Of a DNA stretch of 64,000 nt, positions 43,886-53,966 are shown piece after piece. The notes under the pieces were generated by a model. The model did no database searches and had not been told where the DNA came from. It was given only the letters and a program-made list of their open reading frames with translations. A program made the translations under genes and the position numbers. The stretch spans positions 145,073 to 209,072 of the forward strand of contig JBALDB010000005.1 of assembly GCA_036918135.1 (NCBI GenBank), in the 5' to 3' direction. The stretch is from Nostoc sp. GTDB taxonomy: Bacteria; Cyanobacteriota; Cyanobacteriia; Cyanobacteriales; Nostocaceae. Every line of letters begins with the position of its first letter. The stretch's first letter is position 1.

Positions 43886-44998
43886 ATGCAATCTGCAAAC
43901 AAAGTCCCACGATGGTTAAGCATAGGATTGGCATTTCCCGTTATTATTCTCAACGGCTGGCTGTTCCTCCAGCTTGTGCAGTATTTTCAACCTTTAGTGA
44001 GTATTATTGCCGCCGCTACCTTACTGGCTTTTGTCTTGGACTATCCCATCCAGTTTCTTCAGCAACGAGGGGTGAAACGTAATTTGGCGATCGTGGGAGT
44101 GTTACTTTTGACTGTGGTGATTATAGTGGGTTTAGGCATCACCTTGGTTCCCCTGATTATAGAACAGCTCAACGAGCTAGCGAATATTTTGCCTAGTTGG
44201 ATTGATTCTGGTACTCAGCAGCTAGAAGCTTTTCAAGATTGGGCGTTAAGTCAACAGCAACTTCCGATTAATTTAAGTGCTTTAGTTAGCGAAATTTTAG
44301 AAAGATTATCTAATCAACTCCAGTCTTTCACGGGTAGAATTCTCAGTTTTGCTGTGGATACGATTAGTACTGTGTTCAATGTACTGCTGGCGGTGGTGCT
44401 GACTATTTACCTAATATTGAACGGCGAACGTCTTTGGGATGGAATTTTTCAATGGTTTCCCCCCAATATCGGCTCAAAAGTCCGGCAATTACTCCGAGAG
44501 GATTTTCACAATTACTTTATCGGTCAGGCTACATTAGGTGCTGTGCTGGGATTGACGGTTACACTGGCATTTTGGATTTTGCGAGTTCCCTTGGCGCTAC
44601 TTTTTGGTCTGGCGATTGGGTTATTTTCTTTGTTTCCCTTTGGTACAGGAATAGGTATTGCGATAGTCAGTCTGTTGGTGGCGTTGCAAAATTTTTGGTT
44701 GGGAGTGGAAGTTTTAGGTGTGGCTGTAGCGATTGACCAAGTTAATTCTAATTTTATTGCTCCTCGGATTCTCGGTAATTTGACTGGCTTAAATCCAGTC
44801 TGGGTGGTAATTTCTTTACTACTGGGAGCTAAACTAGGAGGCGTGCTAGGTTTGTTAATTGCAATTCCTGTTGCCAGTTTTATTAAGGATGCGGCAGATA
44901 GTTGGCGTGCTGGCGAGCTGAAAAAAATACATGATATTGAGGGTATTGAGTTAGAGCCTGCAAAGGTCACAACTGAGAGAGCAGGAACTTATAGTTAA
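43886..44998 (+). CDS. AI-2E family transporter
   Basis: Multi-TM; IAPRILG..TGLNPVWV...GGVLGLLIAIP. Confidence 0.88.
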   Translation: MQSANKVPRWLSIGLAFPVIILNGWLFLQLVQYFQPLVSIIAAATLLAFVLDYPIQFLQQRGVKRNLAIVGVLLLTVVIIVGLGITLVPLIIEQLNELANILPSWIDSGTQQLEAFQDWALSQQQLPINLSALVSEILERLSNQLQSFTGRILSFAVDTISTVFNVLLAVVLTIYLILNGERLWDGIFQWFPPNIGSKVRQLLREDFHNYFIGQATLGAVLGLTVTLAFWILRVPLALLFGLAIGLFSLFPFGTGIGIAIVSLLVALQNFWLGVEVLGVAVAIDQVNSNFIAPRILGNLTGLNPVWVVISLLLGAKLGGVLGLLIAIPVASFIKDAADSWRAGELKKIHDIEGIELEPAKVTTERAGTYS

Positions 44999-45212
44999 AA
45001 ATCTTACGGCTGATTTGATTAACTTGTGGTTAGCCCTCTCTAAAGAAACAAGGCAGAAGGGAAAAGAATTTGACTTGTTTCTTCCATACATAACGGAAGT
45101 GAGCGCGTCCGTAAACAGCTTCTGTCACTCTCTGGGAGGGCGATCGCGCTTAAGCCTCATGAGGCAATTAATACAAGCTATACTAAGCGAGTTTTGATTT
45201 ATTTGTGACAGT

Positions 45213-46133
45213 CTAACTAAACGAGTTTCTAAATTTGAGTGGTGAGACGCTTGTCTTATTCTTAAATAATTTATTAAACGACTGCGGATGTTCAAAACCG
45301 AGCTGATACGCGATTTCGCTGACTGAAAGCGATGTTGTGGATAACGCTTCTTTTGCTTTTTCAATTAATTTATTGTGGATATGCTGTTGGGCGTTTTGTC
45401 CCGTCAGCGTTCTTAACATATCGCTTAAATAATTCGGCGATACGTTTAATTTATCGGCAATATATTTGACGGTTGGAATTCCCAATTGTAATTCATTTTG
45501 TCTGTCAAAATACTCGTTTAATAAATCCTCCAGTTTCACCAGCAAATCACTGCTCGCTTTTTTGCGGGTGATAAATTGCCGATGATAAAATCTGTTTGAA
45601 TAATTAAGCAGTAATTCAAGTTGTGAAACAATCACATCCTGACTAAAGTTATCAATATTGGAACGATATTCCTGCTCCATATTTTCGATAAGATCGTTTA
45701 TGATTGCTTCTTCTTTTTGAGAGAGGTGCAAAGCTTCATTGACCGAATAGTTGAAATACTCGTATCGCTCGATCGTTTTGGCTAGCGATGTATTCCATAA
45801 AAAGTCGGGATGGATTAGTAGTGACCATCCCCTACGCTTTGATGCTGCATCTTTATCAATCTCCACTCCGAAAACCTGACCGGGCGACATAAAAAACATT
45901 ACGCCTTCATCAAAATCATACTCCTGCTGACCGTATTTATATTTAGTGTTCGGTGTTCTTTTGAGCGCGATTGTGTAGAAATCAAAGACAAGATTTATTA
46001 ATTCTTGGGGAGGCACATATTTAATGGATTCTAAATTAATCACGCTGATTAAAGGATGCTCAGGTTTAGGAAGCTCCAGCATCCGATGATATTCGGCGAT
46101 CGTTTTAAATCTCCGCGGTTGTGTGTTTGTCAT
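45213..46133 (-). CDS. AraC family transcriptional regulator
   Basis: C-terminal double HTH (PTVKYIA..LNVSPNYLS; SVSEIAYQLGFEHPQSF); N-terminal YGQQEYDFDEG domain. Confidence 0.92.
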   Translation of the reverse strand: MTNTQPRRFKTIAEYHRMLELPKPEHPLISVINLESIKYVPPQELINLVFDFYTIALKRTPNTKYKYGQQEYDFDEGVMFFMSPGQVFGVEIDKDAASKRRGWSLLIHPDFLWNTSLAKTIERYEYFNYSVNEALHLSQKEEAIINDLIENMEQEYRSNIDNFSQDVIVSQLELLLNYSNRFYHRQFITRKKASSDLLVKLEDLLNEYFDRQNELQLGIPTVKYIADKLNVSPNYLSDMLRTLTGQNAQQHIHNKLIEKAKEALSTTSLSVSEIAYQLGFEHPQSFNKLFKNKTSVSPLKFRNSFS

Positions 46134-46145
46134 ATCGAAATGTAA

Positions 46146-47042
46146 TTATTGCTGGTTGTAAGCAACCGCGAAATCTTTCGCAAAATCTTTCAGCTTTACT
46201 TTACCCAATATTGGTCTATGGCGGAAATAGTCTTCATACAATCTGCCTCCACGCCTAGCGGCATTCATTTCCAGAAAACCCTGTGCAGTTTGCGGGTTCA
46301 TTCCTGATTCTAATAGACCATTTAAAAATTGTTCGTCAGAAATTTCCAGCCATTTCAGATCGGAATTTCCGATGGCTTCGCCCAAAATTTCGGCGATTTC
46401 GTTTGGCGAAACTTCATCACTTGCAATATAACGAATTTCTTTACCATTAAAAGGTTTTTCAATTTCTTCGGCAATCACGGCAGCAATATCTAAAGGGGAG
46501 ACCCACGGTTCTTTTTCATCGCCGCGATAGTTGCCGACGATCGCACCTTGTGATTTGATGGTTTGGATAAAGGTATACATGTAAGTGTAAAAACCGACTG
46601 GGCGCACGAATTTAATAAAGACCTCTTGGGGCAGCTCTGTTAAAATATTTTCGACATTGTAATGAAACCGGAGCAAGCCAACTCCTTTGTCAGCACCGAT
46701 GCTGCTCAGATGCACGACACGTTTGACGCCCGATTGTTCAATGGCTTGTTTGTAGTTTTTACCAATCTCGGTGATAGCCGCGATCGCATCAACATTCGGG
46801 TCAAAGAAAGCATCGGGGGCAAGCGATTCCATCACATAAACGACATCTGCGCCTTTAAAAGTCGCTGATAGAAAGCCAGCGTCTTCCATTGTGCCAATGG
46901 CAGCTTTTGCGCCTAGAGCTTCAATATCTTTCTGCCTTTCGGCTTTGCTGCTGATAACCGTCACCTGATGCCCTTTTTTCACTAACTCTTGTGTCAGTGG
47001 TTTACTAATATTTCCTAAAGAACCTGTCACTATAACTTTCAT
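46146..47042 (-). CDS. NmrA-like NAD(P)H-binding protein
   Basis: VTGSLGNIS Rossmann motif, VKRVVHLSSIGA. Confidence 0.88.
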   Translation of the reverse strand: MKVIVTGSLGNISKPLTQELVKKGHQVTVISSKAERQKDIEALGAKAAIGTMEDAGFLSATFKGADVVYVMESLAPDAFFDPNVDAIAAITEIGKNYKQAIEQSGVKRVVHLSSIGADKGVGLLRFHYNVENILTELPQEVFIKFVRPVGFYTYMYTFIQTIKSQGAIVGNYRGDEKEPWVSPLDIAAVIAEEIEKPFNGKEIRYIASDEVSPNEIAEILGEAIGNSDLKWLEISDEQFLNGLLESGMNPQTAQGFLEMNAARRGGRLYEDYFRHRPILGKVKLKDFAKDFAVAYNQQ

Positions 47043-47368
47043 AAATATTTACTCACAAACTATTTCTAGATTGAAATTTGAATTTCTCTATTTACGGTAA
47101 ATAATTTTTTATCTTTAAAGTTAGCCAAATCATCGGTAATTGTATCCAAAATGTAGAATTTTGCTGCTTCTCGTTTCCCTCTTAGAATGATTATCATCAT
47201 TGAAGTTGGTAATTTGATTCCTTGGAAGTCCCTTAATTAAATTGAACTGGAGTTTTAATAAATCTTTTTGCCCAGAGAATTTTTCAGCAAGTAGGTAAAG
47301 CAGATACTTGAGGCTGTAAGAATGTAACAATAGCGATCGCTAATAAACTCTTGAAATCATTCTTACCA

Positions 47369-48427
47369 GTGAACGCCTCTACCAACGTCTCCGCCCAAAC
47401 TCAAAATCGCAAAGCAGATCACATTCGCATCTGCTTAGAAGAAGATGTTCAGTCTCACGAAGTCACCAATGGACTAGAACGCTATCGCTTCACCCATTGT
47501 TGCTTACCAGAACTAGACTACAGCGACATTAAAATCAGTACAAATTTTTTAGGTAAACACCTTGGCGCACCTTTGTTAATTTCTTCCATGACTGGAGGAA
47601 CCGAACAAGCAGGAATCATTAACCAACGCTTAGCCGAAGTCGCCCAACACTATAAAATTGCGATGGGTGTCGGTTCCCAGCGAGTAGCCGTGGAAAAACC
47701 CCAAGTAGCCGATACATTTGCCGTCCGCAAGTATGCGCCGGATGTTTTGCTATTTGCCAACTTGGGCGCTGTGCAACTTAACTATAAATATGGCTTAGAT
47801 GAATGTTTGCGGGTAGTCGATATTCTAGAAGCTGATGCTTTGATTTTACACATTAACCCTTTACAAGAATGCATTCAGACCAAAGGTGATACTAATTTTA
47901 AGGGTTTGCTTGACAATATTTCTAAAGTATGTCATAAAATCCCAGTACCAGTAATTGCCAAAGAAGTGGGTAATGGGATTTCAGCAGCGATCGCCAAAAA
48001 ACTCTTAGATGCTGGAGTCACTGCCATTGATGTAGCTGGTGCAGGTGGTACTTCATGGGCGAAGGTAGAAAGCGAACGGGCAGAAAATGCCTTGCAACGT
48101 CGTTTAGGAAAGACATTTGCCGATTGGGGTTTACCGACAGCAGAGTGCATTACCAGTATTCGAGCGATCGCTCCAGATGTGCGCTTAATTGCTTCGGGAG
48201 GATTGCGTCATGGATTAGATGCAGCAATGGCGATCGCTTTAGGAGCAGACATCGCCGGTTTCGCAATGCCCTTCCTGAAAGCCGCAGCAGTATCACAAAC
48301 AGCAGTTGCCGAACTAGCTGAAGTATTAATCGCCGAAATCACCACAGTATTATTTTGTACTGGCAATGCCACCCTAGAGCAGTTAAAGCACTCAGGTAGT
48401 TTACAACCCAGAGAAAAAATTCAGTAA
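47369..48427 (+). CDS. fni: Type 2 isopentenyl-diphosphate isomerase
   Basis: RKADH, SSMTGG, GVGSQR, HINPLQE, KEVGNG, GAGGTSW. Confidence 0.95.
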   Translation: MNASTNVSAQTQNRKADHIRICLEEDVQSHEVTNGLERYRFTHCCLPELDYSDIKISTNFLGKHLGAPLLISSMTGGTEQAGIINQRLAEVAQHYKIAMGVGSQRVAVEKPQVADTFAVRKYAPDVLLFANLGAVQLNYKYGLDECLRVVDILEADALILHINPLQECIQTKGDTNFKGLLDNISKVCHKIPVPVIAKEVGNGISAAIAKKLLDAGVTAIDVAGAGGTSWAKVESERAENALQRRLGKTFADWGLPTAECITSIRAIAPDVRLIASGGLRHGLDAAMAIALGADIAGFAMPFLKAAAVSQTAVAELAEVLIAEITTVLFCTGNATLEQLKHSGSLQPREKIQ

Positions 48428-48436
48428 GTCATTATC

Positions 48437-48877
48437 TTATAAAGCACGTTTCATAAACTGTTGCACAATTCCGTACAGTTCACCAACTAATCCGTCGAGT
48501 TCATGCTTTATATCCTCATAACGTCCAAGTTTACTAGTCCACATGCCATCACCTAACTGTTTAGCTACGTGCTGTGGCTTACCATCTTCTTTTACATATA
48601 TAGCAATCTTTTCAAATCCAACTTCAATTTCCGCATTAGTGCATATCTCGTAACCACAAATTTGGAATGCAATAGTAAATGCTTGTAGTGTTTGCTCTCT
48701 AGGGGCATCCTCAGGCCAGTAATAATCCTCTCCGAGAGCAGGAGACCACCAACGGTCATTTTCATTGTCAATTGCCCAAGCAATGCAATTATATTCTGCT
48801 GTGTATTTGCTTGTAATTTCGTATGTAGTTTTGGCTAAGTTAGGCCATTCAGCTTCAAGTTCAGCATTTGTATCCAT
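48437..48877 (-). CDS. Hypothetical protein with YNC...H...WxSKxG motifs (putative papain-like fold)
   Basis: YNCIAWA, KIAIY...PQHVA..WTSKLG; overlaps the upstream gene by 17 bp. Confidence 0.75.
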   Translation of the reverse strand: MDTNAELEAEWPNLAKTTYEITSKYTAEYNCIAWAIDNENDRWWSPALGEDYYWPEDAPREQTLQAFTIAFQICGYEICTNAEIEVGFEKIAIYVKEDGKPQHVAKQLGDGMWTSKLGRYEDIKHELDGLVGELYGIVQQFMKRAL

Positions 48878-49523
48878 GCTGTCTACCCCAATCCAACCAA
48901 GCCTCTGCCATTTTTTTGAGCCTACCTTTATCTTCTAGCTTGATAGGATTGTCTCCAGTGATGGATCTTAAAGCCCAAAACCAGTGTTCCGGCTCTCTGC
49001 TTAGTTCTTCGAGAATTAAAGGCACAGCATCTGTCCCCATACCTATTATTTGTTGATATGCAGAGTGTAAAATTATGTCACTTATTAATGACATATGCTT
49101 GGTTTCATTACGCCATTGATTAGCAAGCTTGATGAAAGTGTCTTTTAGTTCTGCTTGCTTTAATAGATAAGTTGACGGGCGGTTTGTTGTTGGCTTTGCT
49201 TTCCGATAATTACTTCTTTGCAGTAAGGATTGTTCAGAAAAATCAGAGAACACATTTTCTTTTCTCTGAGTATAAACCACCTGCTTCCAGTTTTGTGTTT
49301 TCAATAACGATGCTTTGCTTGTTTCAATTTTAGTTCGATTACCTAAATCAATCTCGCAGTTATTCTTTTTAAGAAAATTGAAAGTCTTATCATTTTCTTG
49401 AATTAGTACAGGAGAGATAAGATGCAGGCGAAATTTAGGAGAATGTGAATATTTATTTACTTGTTTAGTTCTTATTTTTGGAATCCAATGGCTTGTTTTA
49501 TTTTTTATTTTTTCTATTAACAT
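48861..49523 (-). CDS. Hypothetical protein with helical C-domain
   Basis: Basic N-half; C-domain LANQWRNET..HSAYQQIIGMG.DAVPLILEEL...HWFWALRSITGDNP. Confidence 0.75.
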   Translation of the reverse strand: MLIEKIKNKTSHWIPKIRTKQVNKYSHSPKFRLHLISPVLIQENDKTFNFLKKNNCEIDLGNRTKIETSKASLLKTQNWKQVVYTQRKENVFSDFSEQSLLQRSNYRKAKPTTNRPSTYLLKQAELKDTFIKLANQWRNETKHMSLISDIILHSAYQQIIGMGTDAVPLILEELSREPEHWFWALRSITGDNPIKLEDKGRLKKMAEAWLDWGRQHGYKC

Positions 49524-49583
49524 ATTTATACCTTAAATTATTCTTTATTAATTTTCGATATTTATATTATTGAATCAACCTCT

Positions 49584-50306
49584 TTATTCGCCGTCATTTT
49601 CTATATTTTCTAAAGCTTCGACTTCTAATAAAGGATTTACACACTCTATTTCTGCTTTTTTTAAAACAGATTCTAGAGCATCTCTATTGTCTATTGCAAT
49701 ACCTATTTGTTGGTACAAAATATCTAAATCATCTGAGTCAAGACCTAGATAAAATTCTTTAGTTCCCTCTGCATCTCTATACTGAATTTTAAGTGTATGA
49801 ATTAAAATAGCAGCTTCTACTTTTCTCTCAGTTTCTGAGTCAAATATAGGTCTGATGTCAGTAATAATCCTTGAGTCTGAAAATATTCGCTCATGTTCAA
49901 TCAGTAAATCAGAAGCTTTATCCGAAATATCTAAAGAGAAAGCAATATTCTCTAAAGCTTTGAGTAGAGTGGATAACCTTTGTTGAAAACGTTCTATTTG
50001 TTCTGGATTGACTATAAATTCAGCGTCTTGTTCTATAGACTTACTGAGTAAAGCTACAATAGCCTCATTAGACAAGTTTTCTTTGTATAATTGCCTTAAA
50101 GATACTAGAATTGCAACAATATCTCGAGCAATACGCCTATCAATTTTTTTTGTTTTAACTATTCTTTCAGAAATTTTATAGATAATATTTTCGACAGTCG
50201 GAGGAAAATCACGTAAAGCTGATATAATTATATCAATAGCATCATCATCAGTGTTTAAAATAAATTCAATTCCCGACTTATATTCCTCAGGGATTTTAAA
50301 ATCCAT
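49584..50306 (-). CDS. Hypothetical protein, putative COMM-domain-like
   Basis: AGGA SD; helical N-region, then IFSDSRIITDIRPIFD / AAILIHTLKIQY / KEFYLGLD / long helix. Confidence 0.75.
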   Translation of the reverse strand: MDFKIPEEYKSGIEFILNTDDDAIDIIISALRDFPPTVENIIYKISERIVKTKKIDRRIARDIVAILVSLRQLYKENLSNEAIVALLSKSIEQDAEFIVNPEQIERFQQRLSTLLKALENIAFSLDISDKASDLLIEHERIFSDSRIITDIRPIFDSETERKVEAAILIHTLKIQYRDAEGTKEFYLGLDSDDLDILYQQIGIAIDNRDALESVLKKAEIECVNPLLEVEALENIENDGE

Positions 50307-50735
50307 AAATTATCCTACTTTTACTAAAAATATTTGAAGCCACAAATAATATGCAGCAATGGTAGTATAATTTGCAGCACTTAAATATCTAAATAGTACG
50401 TTTTTACCATCAAAAATAGGCTTTTGTTTAATAAACTTCTCACTTTACTCTATATAGTATATTATAGCCAATACCAACTCCCGACTTTCTTAAATTCAAA
50501 ACTGTTTATAATTAGTTTCGAGAGTAGCGAAAAGATGGGACGTAGCAGCATCATCAAAGAATAAGGTTGTAGATACTGAAGCTACTGCTGCTAAAGCTGA
50601 GTAAAAGGATTATCTGCTTTATCTTCCGTAAATCTTGAAATTCCTGGATTTTAAAGCTTCCAGTTTTTTATAAATAGTTTTCGATATCTTTCATGGAAGT
50701 ATAAAGGCGATTGGTTCTATGTTCCATCGTTTCCT

Positions 50736-50983
50736 TTGCTTTTATCTATAAAACCAGAAAGTTTTAGTCTTAATGATTTAGTATTCTCTCAAAAACTGGG
50801 AGAAGAATGAATTCTGATATTATGTTAGAGTTTTAGAGAAAATCACAAGGATGCAGCGAGGGAAAAATTCATAACTACCTTGGACTGGTAAAGGAACTGT
50901 CAACCCAGGGATTAGTACCTTATCTGCCTGCTTATAGATGTAGATACACCTTCGCTACTTGCGCTAGCAGTAGGGTTATCCCT
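50736..50983 (+). pseudogene. Tyrosine recombinase (integrase) C-terminal relic
   Basis: Manual translation with one frameshift and one stop: LLLSIKPESFSLNDLVF/TGRRMNSDIMLEF*...GLVKELSTQGLVPYLPAYRCRYTFAT (degenerate YxxRHTFAT box). Confidence 0.6.
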
Positions 50984-51152
50984 CTTTTGTCACTTTCGGC
51001 AGAGAATAATCTCAAACCCTTGTTTTTACGTTTTTTTTGCAACAAGGTAATTTCAATGAAAAAATGGGGATGCGATCGCTCAATTCTTGATTAAGTCTGA
51101 GTCTCAAGATCAGGTAATATTTTTCTCTCCCCAGAGTGACAAAAGAGGGGTT

Positions 51153-51255
51153 ATACCATTTCACCAAATGAGAGATACAAATAATTTCCCCTCTTGCCCC
51201 TCTGCTCAAAAACTCCTCTACTACCTAGATGTATTAATTTTAAAGTGAAATGGTA
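51153..51255. repeat. Miniature inverted-repeat element
   Basis: ataccatttcac ... gtgaaatggtat 12-bp terminal inverted repeats. Confidence 0.55.
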
Positions 51256-51394
51256 TTAGTCCTGATAAACTTGCTCTCTGGCTTGGGAATACCGTCTAGA
51301 CTGTCTTGCAACACCACTGCCTCTCGGAAGTAGTCAACGCTGAATGCCCTCATTTTTAGATTTTTCCTACTCATTTCCTACTCAAAAATTACTG

Positions 51395-52018
51395 CTAAGT
51401 TAATTCCAGCCCACCTCGATAGCCAGTGACAATACGGCTACCATCTTTGAGGATGTGGACTTCTATCTGGTCGCTAGCCCAGGTAATCTGGTCAGCGAAA
51501 GCAGGGTTAAGGAGATGAATCCGTTGATTGCTCGAAGAAACTGGAGAATTGGGAGAATTAATTGCTAGAGATTGTACAAAAGGCCCGTCAATTAAGATGT
51601 CGAGTTGTTCTAACAATTCTTGAGAACCTGGCGGCGCAGACTCAGACTGTAGCTGCTTGAGGGTGAAGCCAGTAAAAGACATGACATTTAATCCAGCAGC
51701 TTTTAGCTTACGAGCTAAAGATGTTAGTGCAGGTGCTTGCCAAAACGGTTCTCCACCAGAGAAGGTTACACCCATGTTGCGGGGGTTACTAAGAATGTTC
51801 TCGGCAAGAGTATCAATAGCAATTAGTTGGTTAGCTTCAAATGACCAGGAGTCAGGATTAAAGCAGCCAGGACACTCACGCGGACAACCTTGCACCCAGA
51901 TGACTGCACGACAACCAGGGCCGTTGACTTCTGACTCATCAACGTAACCCATAATATTGAGATAGCCAGAGGGAATTTCTGTGAGTGCTAGTGATGGGTC
52001 AGTTGGCTTAGTTTCCAT
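51395..52018 (-). CDS. NrdG-like radical SAM / 4Fe-4S activase-family protein
   Basis: VNGPGCR..WVQGCPRECPGCFN, GVTFSGGEP, DILIDGPF. Confidence 0.88.
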   Translation of the reverse strand: METKPTDPSLALTEIPSGYLNIMGYVDESEVNGPGCRAVIWVQGCPRECPGCFNPDSWSFEANQLIAIDTLAENILSNPRNMGVTFSGGEPFWQAPALTSLARKLKAAGLNVMSFTGFTLKQLQSESAPPGSQELLEQLDILIDGPFVQSLAINSPNSPVSSSNQRIHLLNPAFADQITWASDQIEVHILKDGSRIVTGYRGGLELT

Positions 52019-52168
52019 CTCTTTAACTCCTTTTAAAGCCGTTGCCTAGTTAACCGTTAACTATAGCGAAGTCTTGTAATCCTTAACCTTAGTAAGGAAC
52101 TCAGGCTTTTTGTTGGAGTTTGTACCCAATCATTACTGAAAACGGGTGTTTTTGACGTTGAGTTTTAG

Positions 52169-52592
52169 GAGCATCCCAAATGTGTAAAAACATATTTTGT
52201 CATTGCGAGCGTAATGAAATGAAGCGTACCACTTCGTGGAAGCAAGCTACGCGGAGCGTCTCGTAGAGACGCTGCATGAATGGGAAGGCTTGTCTGCGAC
52301 ACGCTGCACGAACGCCTACATTCCGCTTCGCTTTATTCGCAATGACTACCTGCTAACTTGGTAAATTTGTAAAATTGGGATGCTTTCAGATAAAAATACA
52401 TGTGTGACTGCTAAAAGTATATTTTGTAATACAGCCCCACAAGAAAATTAGATGTTTTTTTATCAGGACTTACGCAAAAATAACGCAACTCCGTCATTAC
52501 GAGCGATAGCGAAGTAATCCCCCCTGACCCTGGGATTGCTTCCCTACACTCCGTTCCAGTCGCAATGACAATATTGGCGTTGCGTAAGTCCT
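52169..52592. repeat. Two nested miniature inverted-repeat elements
   Basis: agcatcccaa...ttgggatgct enclosing gtcattgcga...tcgcaatgac; aggacttacgca...tgcgtaagtcct enclosing gtcattacga...tcgcaatgac. Confidence 0.65.
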
Positions 52593-52638
52593 ATTTATTT
52601 GAAAGTTCTTAAAAAGCTACTGTGTACGTATAAGTCTC

Positions 52639-52743
52639 TCGACCTGCATTGTTAATGCATCGACCTGCAATGTTAATGCATCGACCTGCAATGTTAATGC
52701 ATCGACCTGCAATGCTAATGCATCGACCTGCAATGTTAATGCA
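52639..52743. repeat. 21-bp tandem repeat, 5 copies (tcgacctgcaatgttaatgca)
   Basis: Five contiguous units with at most 1 mismatch each; no spacers. Confidence 0.9.
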
Positions 52744-52996
52744 TCGGCTTGGAAAAATTAATATTAAATAGAAGGACTAAATTAAACCTAACTTGAGATT
52801 ATCGGGTTTCGACACTTCGACTTCGCTCAGTTTCCACTGCGCTCAACCCCCTTCTAGTCAGGCTGTTGAGCATTGAGCGAACTTGTACTGACTTGTGCCG
52901 AGCAAAGCCGAGGTAGCGTAGTCGAAGTAGTCGAAATGCGTCTTCTAAATAATTGTGTCCACCTTGTAGAAACTGCAAAACATTGCCAATGGCTTT

Positions 52997-53161
52997 TAGA
53001 GGATGTTTTAAAAGTTATAAGTACTGTATTAAATAATATTATGTTGACTAAATTCTATATAAAAAGCAGGAATTGTAATTAAATTCTTCTTTTTAAAGTT
53101 ATCAAAGCTTAGTCAACAAACATACTCAATTGTAGCCAACTACTTTTAAAACAGCCTCTTA
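52997..53161. mobile_element. MITE-like element, TAGAGGATGTTT terminal-repeat family
   Basis: tagaggatgttttaaaagt ... acttttaaaacagcctctta; inner tgttgactaa/ttagtcaaca; same end type at 60979-61188 and 5782. Confidence 0.65.
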
Positions 53162-53197
53162 ATCTTGTAATGATTACCTAACTAGATTATTAGGAAA

Positions 53198-53842
53198 TCA
53201 AACTAAAGAGTAGCCTTTCACTTTTAGCCAATTCCAAAACTTAGTACCATCTAAAACTACGGTATCAAATTTCTTCTGTCCTGAACCTTTACAGTGAGGC
53301 ATAAAAGTATTGTAATGAGTGCTAGGATAACGTCCAACCAAACATCCAGCAGACCATCCACCTACAGTAATGGGGGCATCTCCTTCTGCATTGTTAGCTG
53401 TTGTGTGTTGATTAACGTAAAATAGACCAGTATATAATTTATCTCCTGTTCTCTTGAAGTCTTTATTAAAATCTCTAAAGCCAGATATATCATCACACTG
53501 AACTAAAGCCTCTTGATTAGAGTGTTCTGTGGTATGCCGCCCTATTTCCCAGCATTCTTTAAATAGTGTATCTAGTTGAATCCGAAAAGCACCAGTAGGA
53601 ACAACTGGTTTTTCTACCATTCTTACACCTGGTTCAGTAGTAGCAGTAGCACTCATAACTACTTTATCTTCTGCTGGAACCCAGAGGATTCTTACATCAT
53701 TCCAAGCATCAGGTTTATCAGTTTTAGCTTGCCAAGTATCTGGGTCTGCATCTTCAATATAAGTGATTGTGTAAGGTTGAGTACGCCAACCATTCTCAGA
53801 GTAATATTCTTTGAGTGCAGATGCCTGAGTTATAGATTTCAT
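53198..53842 (-). CDS. Putative peptidoglycan-active protein with an L,D-transpeptidase-like H...SAGC motif
   Basis: AGGAG SD; WNDVR, ATTEPG, RDFNKD, VNQH...WSAGCLVGR. Confidence 0.65.
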   Translation of the reverse strand: MKSITQASALKEYYSENGWRTQPYTITYIEDADPDTWQAKTDKPDAWNDVRILWVPAEDKVVMSATATTEPGVRMVEKPVVPTGAFRIQLDTLFKECWEIGRHTTEHSNQEALVQCDDISGFRDFNKDFKRTGDKLYTGLFYVNQHTTANNAEGDAPITVGGWSAGCLVGRYPSTHYNTFMPHCKGSGQKKFDTVVLDGTKFWNWLKVKGYSLV

Positions 53843-53966
53843 TTCATCACTCCTAATTGTTGTTTTTGCTATATTGAGCTCTTAGTTTTCGCAGCAAATT
53901 TGAGAATCATCAAAAGACACTCTATATATTTATACAGGCGAGCAAATAAATATTATGCAGATTGTC

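Noticed and set aside
50490..50727. Possible fourth island gene (MEHRTNRLYTSMKDIENYL*)
   Set aside because: Has an SD-like sequence but stops after 19 codons and shifts frame; nothing recognisable.
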